Shown: positions 9,706-19,073 of the stretch, in pieces
Layout of the letters: each line of letters starts with the position of its first letter
Numbering within the stretch: position 1 is the stretch's first letter
The notes under the pieces: generated by a model
Seen by the model: the letters and a program-made list of their open reading frames with translations, nothing else
The model's database searches: none
Told to the model about the DNA's origin: nothing
Made by a program: the position numbers and the translations under genes
Assembly (NCBI GenBank): GCA_030526115.1
Contig: JAUNDK010000002.1
Location: 29,236-93,235, forward strand
DNA from: Clostridia bacterium
Lineage (GTDB): Bacteria > Bacillota > Clostridia > Oscillospirales > Acutalibacteraceae
DNA length: 64,000 nt
Reading direction: 5' to 3'

Positions 9706-11481
9706 TTATTCCTCTACGAGGTAGATGTTGTAGAGAGCAGCAATTCCGTATCCGTCTGTGCAGACTGTTGGAGGAATGTTGAGGCCATCGCCCTGCTCTG
9801 GGAAGCCGGACCATACAGACTCGTTTGTCTCGTGGAAGTAAACTGGTCTGTACATGAGTGCAACGGATGGGCACTCTGTGAGGTAGATAACGTTGAGCTC
9901 TTTGTAGAGAGCTGTGAGCTCTGCCTCGTCAGTTGTTACAGGGATAGTTGCGAGGATCTCGTCAACTCTCTCGTTGTACCATCTGGAGTAAGCGTATGTG
10001 ATTCTCTCAGGGATCTCGCCGCCGAAGCCATAGCATGTCTGGTAAGCACGGAGCCATGTACCATCAATAGCAGCACCTGTCATTGTAGCCATAGCCATGT
10101 CGAAGTTACCTGTCTGGATGTCTTCGTTGTAAACAGCTGCCTCTGGGAAGTATGTTGTAACGTTGAGGCCGATCTCCTTAGCTGCAGCTGCAACGATCTC
10201 GCAGGATGCGTTCCAGTCTGTCCAGCCTGTTGGGCACTCTACAGACCACTCGTAAGCGGAGAAGTCAATGCCTGTCTCCTCGAGGAGAGCCTTTGCACCC
10301 TCGATGTCCTTGCCAGCATAGTTGAGAGCGGAAAGCTCACCGTCTGCATCACATGCAGCATACATAGCCTGCTCAGCATCTGTTGGGTTGAAGAGGGAGT
10401 GTGGAACATCAGCAAATGTGTAGGAATAACCGGACATTGCTGTGGAGATGATCTGATCGTAGTCGATAGCCATAGCGATAGCTACACGAACATTTGCGTT
10501 GTCAAGACCTTCCTTAGTTGTGTTGAACCAAAGTGTAGGCATGGAAGCATCTACGAAGTATGGAGCCTCGTCGATGTATGTAGCAATGTCGAGACCCTTG
10601 TCTTCCCAGTATGTCCAGATGTTAGCAACGAACTGCTGGTTAACATCGATTTCACCGTTCTCGAAAGCAACAGCAACTGCATCGTTACCGGAGAAGATGT
10701 TGTGAACGATATACTTAGGAACTGGGAGCTGACCCCACATGGACTCTGCCTGGCCCCAGTAATTGTCATCTCTTGTTACGATAACCTTTTCCTCGTTGCC
10801 GAGTGTCCATGTGTAAGGACCGGATGTAACTGCATCGTACATCTCAGCTGTCTTGAAAGCCTCAGAATCTTCGCTTGTAGCCTCTTCAACTGTCTTTACA
10901 TAAGCAGCCTGTGTGATGTAGAGCTTTGGAAGATACTCAATAACCTTAAGTGGGTTGTAGTTATCCTTGTTAGCCTTGAATACTACTGTGTAATCGTCTG
11001 TAGCCTCAACCTCAGAGATGTAGAGAGCCATGTCGATACCTGTAGCAGACTGATACTTAACATGTGTATCAAATGTGTACTTTACATCGTTAGCTGTAAC
11101 AGGTGTTCCATCGGACCAGTGAGCGTCCTGATTGATCTTAACTGTTACCTCTGTCTGATCCTCGTTCCATACATAGTCACCGTCTGCGAGGAGAGGTGTG
11201 CATGTATTGTCGAGCATGTTGTACATGTAGAGTGTCTCATAGCAAACTACACGAGCAGAGTCGTTCTGAGCTACGAGATAGTTGTTAGAGTTGGATGAGT
11301 ATGGGTTAAAGTCATTTGGCTTGCCCCACTGCTGTCCGCCAATGTAGAAAGTTTCGTTTCTAGGTGTAGAAGAAATGTCAGCTTCATCGTTGACAACTTC
11401 GTTAGCACTTGCTGTTACGCTCATAGCAAAAGCCATAGCGAGAACGAGAACAAGAGCTAAAACCTTGCGCCAGTTTTTCAT
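9706..11481 (-). CDS. Family-5 extracellular solute-binding protein, paralog 3
   Basis: Start moved to MKNWRKV (11481), preceded by GGAGGA. Signal peptide ends ASA/NE. Confidence 0.88.
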   Translation of the reverse strand: MKNWRKVLALVLVLAMAFAMSVTASANEVVNDEADISSTPRNETFYIGGQQWGKPNDFNPYSSNSNNYLVAQNDSARVVCYETLYMYNMLDNTCTPLLADGDYVWNEDQTEVTVKINQDAHWSDGTPVTANDVKYTFDTHVKYQSATGIDMALYISEVEATDDYTVVFKANKDNYNPLKVIEYLPKLYITQAAYVKTVEEATSEDSEAFKTAEMYDAVTSGPYTWTLGNEEKVIVTRDDNYWGQAESMWGQLPVPKYIVHNIFSGNDAVAVAFENGEIDVNQQFVANIWTYWEDKGLDIATYIDEAPYFVDASMPTLWFNTTKEGLDNANVRVAIAMAIDYDQIISTAMSGYSYTFADVPHSLFNPTDAEQAMYAACDADGELSALNYAGKDIEGAKALLEETGIDFSAYEWSVECPTGWTDWNASCEIVAAAAKEIGLNVTTYFPEAAVYNEDIQTGNFDMAMATMTGAAIDGTWLRAYQTCYGFGGEIPERITYAYSRWYNERVDEILATIPVTTDEAELTALYKELNVIYLTECPSVALMYRPVYFHETNESVWSGFPEQGDGLNIPPTVCTDGYGIAALYNIYLVEE

Positions 11482-11619
11482 AGGAAAATCCTCCATTAAT
11501 ATTTTTTGTTTGTGAATCCATCCACAAGCATTATGATTATAGACCTATAAATTCCTTATGTCAAGCATTCTGTATAATTTTTCACAATTTCACAGAAATG
11601 ATAATTATTTTTGTGTATA

Positions 11620-11660
11620 ATTACAAACCCCGGCAGATAATCCATATCCACCGGGGTTAA
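11620..11660 (-). terminator. Terminator-like hairpin after SBP paralog 4
   Basis: Stem AACCCCGG/CCGGGGTT followed by a T-rich but interrupted tail (TTGTAATTAT). Confidence 0.5.
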
Positions 11661-11698
11661 GGTTATTTATTCAGTTGAAATCTTATCTTGTTATAAGA

Positions 11699-13486
11699 TT
11701 ATTCAGCCTCTGCTACGAGATTGTAGAGAGCAGCAACACCGTAACCGTCAACCAAGCATGTTGGAGGAATGTTGTCGCCGTCGCCCTGCTCAGGGAATCC
11801 GGACCATACGGACTCGTTAACTTCGTGGAAGTAAGCTGGTCTGTACATAAGAGCAACAGATGGGCACTCTGTGAGGTAAAGAACGTTGAGCTCTTTGTAG
11901 AGAGCAACAAGCTCTTCTTCATCTGTTGTTACAGGGATAGCTGCGAGAATCTCATCAGCTCTCTCGTTGTACCATCTGGAAAGACCGTATGTCTGTCTCT
12001 CCGGGAACTCGCCGCCGAAGCCGTAGCATGTCTGGTAAGCACGGAGCCACATAGCGTCTACGGAAGCAGCTGCCATTGTGTGCATGATGATGTCGAAGTT
12101 ACCTGTCTGGTAGTCTTCGGACCATACAGAAGACTCCGGGAAGTAAGTTGTGATGTCAACGCCGATAGCCTGACCTGCTGCTGCAACGATTTCGCAGGAA
12201 GCGTTCCAGTCGGACCAGCCTGTTGGGCACTCAACTGTGAAAGCGAGCTTTTCGCCGTTTACTTCTCTGTAGCCGTCACCGTCTGCATCAACGATGCCTG
12301 CCTCGTCGAGGAGAGCGTTTGCGCCGTCGATGTCCTTACCTGCATAGTTGAGAGCAGAGAGTGAACCGTCTTCGTCGCACTTCTTGTACATATCCTGCTC
12401 ACCCTCTGTTGGGTTGAAGAGGGAATGAGGAACTTCTGCGAATGTGTAGGAGTAACCGGACATTGCGGAAGCAATAATCTGATCGTAGTCGATAGCCATA
12501 GCAACAGCTACACGAACAGCTGTCTGATCAAGACCGTTCTTCTGGCAGTTGAACCAGATTGTTGGCATTGAAGCATCGAGGAAGTAAGGAGCCTCGTCGA
12601 TGTATGTGGAGATTGGGAGACCCATGTCTTCCCAGAATGTCCAGATGTTGGCAACGAACTGCTGGTCCATATCGATCTCACCGTTCTGGAGAGCAATGGC
12701 TGTTGTATCGTTACCGGAATAGATGTTGTGGCAGATGTACTTAGGTGTAGGAAGCTTGCCCCACATGGACTCGTCCTGACCCCAGTAATTGTCGTCTCTC
12801 TCCATGAGAACCTTCTGCTCGTTGTGAACTGTAAGTGTGTATGGACCTGTGTGAGGTGCATCCCACCATGTAGCTGTCTTGAAGCCTTCGGACTCAGGGA
12901 ATTCTTCTGTCATCTTCTCAAGGTAAGCAGCCTGGCAGATGTAGAGCTTTGGAAGATATTCCTTAACCTTAAGAGGGTTGAAGTTATCTTCGTTAGCCTT
13001 GATAACTACTGTGTAGTCATCTGTTGCCTCCATGGAAGCAATGTACATGCCCATGTCGTTACCTGTGTTGGAGCCAACCTCAACATGCTTGTTGAATGTT
13101 GCCTCAACGTCCTTAGCTGTAACAGGAGTACCATCGGACCAGTGAGCTGCAGGATTGAGCTTAACTGTGATAGTCTTCTGATCCTCAGCGATGTCAGGAT
13201 CGCCTTCAGCGAGGAGTGGTGTGAGAGAACCATCGAGCATGTTGTACATGTAGAGGGTCTCATAGATAATCTCACGTGCATTATCATTCTGGTTCATTGG
13301 GAAGCAGTTTGATGAAGGTGAGAATGGGTTGATGTCGTTTGGTGCGCCCCACTGCATACCACCGAAGTATAATGTTTCGTTTCTCGGTGTTACGTCAACG
13401 GATTCTTCAGCACTTGCGGAAACTGTCATGGCAAAAGCCATAGCAAGTACGAGCACCAGAGCAATTACTTTGCGCCAGTTTTTCAT
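11699..13486 (-). CDS. Family-5 extracellular solute-binding protein, paralog 4
   Basis: 595-aa ORF starting MKNWRKV. Signal peptide ends ASA/EE. Closest in sequence to paralog 3. Confidence 0.88.
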   Translation of the reverse strand: MKNWRKVIALVLVLAMAFAMTVSASAEESVDVTPRNETLYFGGMQWGAPNDINPFSPSSNCFPMNQNDNAREIIYETLYMYNMLDGSLTPLLAEGDPDIAEDQKTITVKLNPAAHWSDGTPVTAKDVEATFNKHVEVGSNTGNDMGMYIASMEATDDYTVVIKANEDNFNPLKVKEYLPKLYICQAAYLEKMTEEFPESEGFKTATWWDAPHTGPYTLTVHNEQKVLMERDDNYWGQDESMWGKLPTPKYICHNIYSGNDTTAIALQNGEIDMDQQFVANIWTFWEDMGLPISTYIDEAPYFLDASMPTIWFNCQKNGLDQTAVRVAVAMAIDYDQIIASAMSGYSYTFAEVPHSLFNPTEGEQDMYKKCDEDGSLSALNYAGKDIDGANALLDEAGIVDADGDGYREVNGEKLAFTVECPTGWSDWNASCEIVAAAGQAIGVDITTYFPESSVWSEDYQTGNFDIIMHTMAAASVDAMWLRAYQTCYGFGGEFPERQTYGLSRWYNERADEILAAIPVTTDEEELVALYKELNVLYLTECPSVALMYRPAYFHEVNESVWSGFPEQGDGDNIPPTCLVDGYGVAALYNLVAEAE

Positions 13487-13749
13487 AGGATAAAATCCTC
13501 CCTTATATAATTTGGCGGAGCATCTCCGTCATTTGCTCATTCATCATAGTTCTTATCAACTAAAAATGCAATATATTTTAATAACTTTTATTATATTTGT
13601 ACAAATAACCAAACTTCCATATTTTTCCATATATACTATGTAATTTCACTTGTGATAATGTGGTAAAAGTTTAGGATTGTTTAGACATATATCACAAACA
13701 AAGGGTCACAGTAAGCTCTGTAAGCCACCATGACCCTGTTTTTCTTTAT

Positions 13750-14232
13750 TTATTTATGGTATCTTGTTCCGGCATTTATGGAAAAAGCCCTGTAAATCTG
13801 CTCACAGAGCATTACTCTTGCCAGCTGATGAGGGAAAGTCATGGGCGACATGGATATTCCCCTGCCCGCTTTTTTCACCTCGTCACACAGTCCGTGGGAA
13901 GAACCTATTACAAAAGCTATGGCGCTGGTGCCCATAACAGCCTCCTGCTCAATCATTTTTGCAAGGTTTTCACTTGACTGCATTTTGCCCTCTATGACAA
14001 GTGGGAAGATTTTGCACCTTGCATCCTGGGCGATTTTGAGAATCTGTCTGCCCTCCTCGGCAAGTGCTTTTGATATATCCTTCTCCCCGGGGTTATCGGG
14101 AAGTTTCACTTCATTTATCTCATGAATATCGAATTTACAGAATGCGGAAAGCCTTTTGCTGTATTCCGCAATGGCATCTCTCCAGTATTTTTCCTTGAGA
14201 TTGCCGACACATATTATTTTAACCGTAAGCAT
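13750..14232 (-). CDS. rlmH: 23S rRNA (pseudouridine1915-N3)-methyltransferase RlmH (SPOUT)
   Basis: 160 aa. Typical RlmH length and C-terminal motifs (VIGSSHG, MTFPHQLARVML.EQIYRA). Confidence 0.9.
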   Translation of the reverse strand: MLTVKIICVGNLKEKYWRDAIAEYSKRLSAFCKFDIHEINEVKLPDNPGEKDISKALAEEGRQILKIAQDARCKIFPLVIEGKMQSSENLAKMIEQEAVMGTSAIAFVIGSSHGLCDEVKKAGRGISMSPMTFPHQLARVMLCEQIYRAFSINAGTRYHK

Positions 14233-14243
14233 AATTCACCCCA

Positions 14244-15035
14244 TCAGAATACAATGCTCGTACCCCTTGAGTTATCAACAGGAGCAAGATTCAATGTGAA
14301 ATCGTTGTTTTCGTTCATGCCCTCCATTGTAAGTCTGCACAGACTTGTCTGATAAGCAAGCTCGGGAAGGTTGTTCTCCTTGCTTATGTGGGCAAGCATG
14401 AACTTTCTTGTTCCGTCTTTTATCAGCTTTGGCAGAAGCTGTGCACAGGTCTCATTGGAAAGATGACCTACATCTGAGAGTATGCGCTTTTTGAGCTGAT
14501 ACGGATATGGTCCGCTTGTGAGCATACCCACATCATGGTTGGATTCCAGCACGAGATAATCGGCACCTTTTATTCCATCCATAACCTCATCCGATACAAA
14601 GCCGAGGTCGGTAGCCAGAGCCATAACCCTGCCATCCGCAGTGTGAACACGGTATCCGCAGCTCTGGGCGCAGTCGTGGCTTGTCGCAAAGGAGTAAACC
14701 TCCATACCGGCAACGCTGATTCCGCTCTCCATCTCATAAACAGGGAATTTTCCGTTAATCTCGTTCATGGCATCCAGTGCCCTTATGGTGCCCGGTGTGG
14801 CAAAAACCGGCAGGTTATATTTTGAAGCGAACACCCTGAGACCCTTTACATGGTCGGAATGCTCATGGGTGATAAAAATACCCTTGACTGCTGTGGGTCT
14901 TATTCCGCAGTTTTCCAGCATTTCCACAGTCTGCTTGCAGGATCTGCCTATGTCAAGAAGAACACCTTCTTCCGAATTTCCCACATAGTAACTGTTTCCG
15001 CTGCTTCCGCTGAAAAGCGGCACTAATCTCGCCAT
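14244..15035 (-). CDS. MBL-fold metallo-hydrolase (YycJ/WalJ-like)
   Basis: 263 aa. HxHxDH motif (THEHSDH). Classic position beside rlmH. Confidence 0.85.
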   Translation of the reverse strand: MARLVPLFSGSSGNSYYVGNSEEGVLLDIGRSCKQTVEMLENCGIRPTAVKGIFITHEHSDHVKGLRVFASKYNLPVFATPGTIRALDAMNEINGKFPVYEMESGISVAGMEVYSFATSHDCAQSCGYRVHTADGRVMALATDLGFVSDEVMDGIKGADYLVLESNHDVGMLTSGPYPYQLKKRILSDVGHLSNETCAQLLPKLIKDGTRKFMLAHISKENNLPELAYQTSLCRLTMEGMNENNDFTLNLAPVDNSRGTSIVF

Positions 15036-15089
15036 ATATCTCTCCTGAAAAATACAATAAAAACAGCCCCAAAAAGGGGCCGTATGTTT

Positions 15090-16376
15090 TTATCCTACGT
15101 TTGCTTCTTTGCTGTCCGGCTTTTTCTGCAGATAAATATCTGCGCCGAGCTTGGTAAGCTTTCCTACAATATCTTCATATCCACGCTGAATATGTCTGAT
15201 ATCTTCAACCGATGTTGTTCCCTTTGCGATAAGGCCCGCAATAATCATTGCAGCACCTGCACGAAGGTCAACTGCCTTGACAGGGCCGCCCTTGAGCTCT
15301 TTTACGCCCTCGAAAACAGCGATTCTACCGTTTACGGTGATACGTGCGCCCATTCTTTTAAGCTCTTCAACATAACGGAAACGATTTTCCCATACATTCT
15401 CGTTGAGAATGCTTGTTCCGTTTGCGATGCTTAAAAGAACACCAATCTGAGGCTGCATGTCTGTCGGGAATCCCGGGTGAGGCATGGTTTTTACGTTGCA
15501 CTTTTTGAGAGGGCCTGTGCGGGATACTCTCACTGCATCGTCATATTCATCAACTCTCACGCCCATCTCCTCAAGCTTTGCGGAAATGGATTCGAGATGC
15601 TTAGGTGTTACATTCTTAATGAGAACATCTCCTCCGGTGGCCGCAGCTGCAACCATGTAGGTTCCAGCCTCAATCTGGTCAGGAATAACGGAGTATGTAA
15701 CACCCTTAAGGTGCTGAACACCACGGATTTTGATTGTATCTGTACCGGCACCGCTGATATTGGCTCCCATGGTATTGAGGAAGTTCGCAACGTCAACAAT
15801 GTGCGGCTCTCTTGCGGCATTCTCGATGATTGTAAGGCCCTTTGCCTTAACCGCCGCAAGCATGATATTAATGGTAGCACCTACGGTGACCATATCGAGA
15901 TAGATGTTTGCTCCCTTGAGATTATCTGAACTGACCTCAATCTGGGCATTTTCTTTTACATTATAGGTACAGCCGAGAGCCTCAAAGCCCTTTAAGTGCT
16001 GGTCGATAGGTCTAACACCGAAATCGCATCCGCCCGGAAGCGGTGCCTCAGCCCTGCTGTAACGGGAGAGAAGAGCTCCTATGAAATAATAGGAACCTCT
16101 CATTTTTCTGCCGAGCTCAGACGGAACCACATGAGTGTCAACCGGTCTCGGGTCTATCTCAAGAGTATTTTTATCAACGAAATCTACTTTTGCGCCCATC
16201 TCGCTGAGTATTGCCGCAAGAATTCCCACGTCGGAAACATCAGGCACATTTTCGATTCTGCAGGGGCCGTCAGCCAGAAGGACAGCAGGTATTATTGCAA
16301 CGGCAGCGTTCTTGGCACCGCTGATATTAACCTCTCCCTTGAGGACATTGCCTCCCCTGATTATGAATTTCTCCAA
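15090..16376 (-). CDS. murA: UDP-N-acetylglucosamine 1-carboxyvinyltransferase
   Basis: 428 aa. N-terminus MEKFIIRGGN.L.GEV.ISGAKNAAVAI, active-site loop PGGCDFGVRPIDQHLKGF, EPSP-synthase-fold repeats. Confidence 0.95.
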   Translation of the reverse strand: MEKFIIRGGNVLKGEVNISGAKNAAVAIIPAVLLADGPCRIENVPDVSDVGILAAILSEMGAKVDFVDKNTLEIDPRPVDTHVVPSELGRKMRGSYYFIGALLSRYSRAEAPLPGGCDFGVRPIDQHLKGFEALGCTYNVKENAQIEVSSDNLKGANIYLDMVTVGATINIMLAAVKAKGLTIIENAAREPHIVDVANFLNTMGANISGAGTDTIKIRGVQHLKGVTYSVIPDQIEAGTYMVAAAATGGDVLIKNVTPKHLESISAKLEEMGVRVDEYDDAVRVSRTGPLKKCNVKTMPHPGFPTDMQPQIGVLLSIANGTSILNENVWENRFRYVEELKRMGARITVNGRIAVFEGVKELKGGPVKAVDLRAGAAMIIAGLIAKGTTSVEDIRHIQRGYEDIVGKLTKLGADIYLQKKPDSKEANVG

Positions 16377-16564
16377 AATTTTACACTTCCCAGTAATTTT
16401 TATGTTGTCTTATCTGTTTATCTGAATATAGGTACTATCTTAGGTAAACCCATTTTGGGCAACAGTAATATTACCATTTTTCTGTAAATATGTCAACCTT
16501 TACACCTTTCGGAATCTTATGGTATGCCCATTATTTACAGCTTTTTTGCGTCTTTTGGGGATTA

Positions 16565-17287
16565 TTACTTCTTTTTTACTATTGGTTTCTCTGTACCGGC
16601 AAGAAGTCTGCCGATGTTGGCCCTGTGCATAAACATAACAGTGCCGCCGATTAAAGCGGAAATAACGGTTACCGCTATGAGATACAGCATTGATTTATCT
16701 CCGTGATTTGCGAGAGGACTGCCTGTGTAATCAAAGAGATATGTGATGATAAAGTTTGCAATCGGGTAGACAAATGCGCCTATTACGGAACCGAGGGAAA
16801 TAATCTTCTTCCAGATGAAGAGTATTGCGAAAACCGCAAACACCACGAGGAAGCATCTCCAGTCAATGAAAAGGATAAGGGCTGTGCTTGTTACAACACC
16901 CTTTCCGCCCCTGAAACCGAAGTAAACAGGGAACATGTGACCGAGCATACATATATATCCCGCAAGGTAACCGCTTACCGTTACAACAGAAGAGCTTAAA
17001 GCGTTGGCTTCCACCACATTTGCGATAACGGCTCTTGTGATAAGAATTGCCACAGCACATTTTATGAAGTCCATGACAAACACAAGAACAGCCGCCCACT
17101 TTCCGTAGGTTCTGAGGGTGTTGGTCATACCTGCGTTGCCGGAGCCGTGCTTTCTTACATCATCGTTTCTGAACTTTGACAGTATTATTGAAAAATTTAG
17201 GCTTCCGAGCAGATAGGAAACCAGAAGGCAGATTAAACCCGGAACTGCAACCGGTGATAAATCCGCAATGCTGATATTCAGCGGCAT
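16565..17287 (-). CDS. plsY: Glycerol-3-phosphate acyltransferase PlsY
   Basis: 240-aa multi-TM protein with the GSGN.G.TN and FRGGKG motifs. Confidence 0.9.
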   Translation of the reverse strand: MPLNISIADLSPVAVPGLICLLVSYLLGSLNFSIILSKFRNDDVRKHGSGNAGMTNTLRTYGKWAAVLVFVMDFIKCAVAILITRAVIANVVEANALSSSVVTVSGYLAGYICMLGHMFPVYFGFRGGKGVVTSTALILFIDWRCFLVVFAVFAILFIWKKIISLGSVIGAFVYPIANFIITYLFDYTGSPLANHGDKSMLYLIAVTVISALIGGTVMFMHRANIGRLLAGTEKPIVKKK

Positions 17288-17301
17288 AATATTTCCTCCA
17301 A

Positions 17302-18636
17302 TTAAAGGCCGGCATTCTTCTCGCCGCGTTCTCTTATGATGAATCTTACAGGGGTTCCGGTAAGTCCGAATACTTCACGGATTCTGTTCTCGAGATAACG
17401 CTGGTAAGAGAAATGGAAAAGTTCCTTATCATTTACAAAGAATACGAATGTTGGCGGCTTTGTGCTTGCCTGAGTCATATAGTAAATCTTAAGGCGCTTG
17501 CCCTTGTCTGTCGGAGGCTGAACTCTTGCTGTTGCCTGCGCCAGAATATCATTGAGAGTACCTGTGGTGATTCTCATGGAGTTATTATTTGCAACGAGCT
17601 TGATCATCTCGAAGAGCTGGTCAAGGCGCTGACCTGTCTTTGCGGAAATGAACACGATAGGAGCATAGCTCATGAAGGAGAAGCTGTTCTCGAGGCTCTT
17701 TCTGTATTTTTCGAGAGTACCTGTGTCTTTCTCGATGGCATCCCACTTGTTTACGGCAATGATACATGCCTTGCCTGCCTCATGGGCGATGCCTGCAACC
17801 TTGGAATCCTGCTCTGTGAACCCAACCTGAGCGTCAATCATGATAACGCAGACATCTGCTCTGTCAACGGCCATCTCGGCACGAATGTTTGAGTATTTCT
17901 CGATGTTGTCGTTAACTCTTGACTGACGACGGAGTCCTGCTGTATCGATGAATGTAAACAGACCATGTTTGTTCTCGATGGTCATATCGATTGCATCTCT
18001 TGTTGTGCCGGCTATGTCGGAAACAATGCATCTGTTTTCGCCGGAGATTTTGTTTACGAGGGATGATTTGCCTACATTAGGCTTACCGATAACGGCAACC
18101 TTGATTCTGTCGCTCTCCTCTTCCTCATCTGTTTCAGGTGGGAAGTGCTCAAAAACAGCATCAAGAAGATCACCTGTGCCGTGGCCGTGAACGGAAGAAA
18201 CCGCAATAGGGTCACCGAGACCAAGATTGTAGAACTCCCAGAAATCTGCCGGTGGCTCACCGACTGAATCGCTCTTGTTTACGCAGAGTACAACCGGAAC
18301 ACCGGATCTCTGAAGCATATCAGCAACTTCCATATCTGTTGCGACAAGACCTGTCTTGAGGTCTGTTACCATTATGATAACATCTGCGCTGTCCATGGCG
18401 AGCTGAGCCTGTGCTCTCATCTGAGAGAGAATAATATCTTTGGAATCAGGCTCAATACCGCCTGTATCTACGAGTGTGAACTTTCTGTTCTGCCATTCAC
18501 ATTCTCCGAAAATTCTGTCTCTTGTAACACCCGGAGTATCTTCAACGATGGAAAGTCTCTGACCGATGAGCTTGTTGAAAAGCGTAGACTTTCCCACATT
18601 CGGTCTGCCAACTACGGCAACAATTGGTTTTGCCAT
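17302..18636 (-). CDS. der: Ribosome-biogenesis GTPase Der (EngA)
   Basis: 444 aa with two tandem G domains (GRPNVGKST and GKPNVGKSS) and a KH-like C-terminus. Confidence 0.95.
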   Translation of the reverse strand: MAKPIVAVVGRPNVGKSTLFNKLIGQRLSIVEDTPGVTRDRIFGECEWQNRKFTLVDTGGIEPDSKDIILSQMRAQAQLAMDSADVIIMVTDLKTGLVATDMEVADMLQRSGVPVVLCVNKSDSVGEPPADFWEFYNLGLGDPIAVSSVHGHGTGDLLDAVFEHFPPETDEEEESDRIKVAVIGKPNVGKSSLVNKISGENRCIVSDIAGTTRDAIDMTIENKHGLFTFIDTAGLRRQSRVNDNIEKYSNIRAEMAVDRADVCVIMIDAQVGFTEQDSKVAGIAHEAGKACIIAVNKWDAIEKDTGTLEKYRKSLENSFSFMSYAPIVFISAKTGQRLDQLFEMIKLVANNNSMRITTGTLNDILAQATARVQPPTDKGKRLKIYYMTQASTKPPTFVFFVNDKELFHFSYQRYLENRIREVFGLTGTPVRFIIRERGEKNAGL

Positions 18637-18654
18637 ATTCTTTCCTCCTTTTAT

Positions 18655-19071
18655 TTAGAGTTTCTTTAATTCTTCAAGTATATCTTTATCAGCCGGACAG
18701 AAGGTGTAATTATCCGTCTCGGCCGGAGTCATCCATTTTATATCGTTGTGTTCCAGCATTTTTATTTCACCGGAAACAATTTTACAGTTGAAAAGTGTGA
18801 GATGAATGGTAAGGTCCGGGTACACATGGTCAAGCTCCATGAAAACATCATCAACCCCGATATTTACCGCAAGTTCCTCTTTACATTCCCTTACGAGAGC
18901 CTCTTCGAGGGTTTCGCCCTTCTCCTGTTTGCCGCCGACAAACTCCCACATAAGTCCCCTTGACTTGTGGGCAGGACGCTGACAGGCGAGGAATTTCTCT
19001 CTGTTTTCATCCCATATCAGGGCAGCTACCACCTGAACCACTTTGCCGTATCGCTCTTCAAATTCAGTCAT
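18655..19071 (-). CDS. NUDIX hydrolase (MutT-like)
   Basis: 138 aa. Nudix box GG.QEKGETLEEALVRECKEEL. Confidence 0.85.
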   Translation of the reverse strand: MTEFEERYGKVVQVVAALIWDENREKFLACQRPAHKSRGLMWEFVGGKQEKGETLEEALVRECKEELAVNIGVDDVFMELDHVYPDLTIHLTLFNCKIVSGEIKMLEHNDIKWMTPAETDNYTFCPADKDILEELKKL

Positions 19072-19073
19072 GA

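Noticed and set aside
9832-11298. 488-aa plus-strand ORF, plus similar long ORFs at 7472..8347, 11675..12364 and 12728..13312, antisense to the SBP genes
   Set aside because: They lie entirely inside much better supported minus-strand genes and have Cys/Val/Leu-rich low-complexity translations with no RBS. They are shadow ORFs produced by the codon bias of the sense strand.
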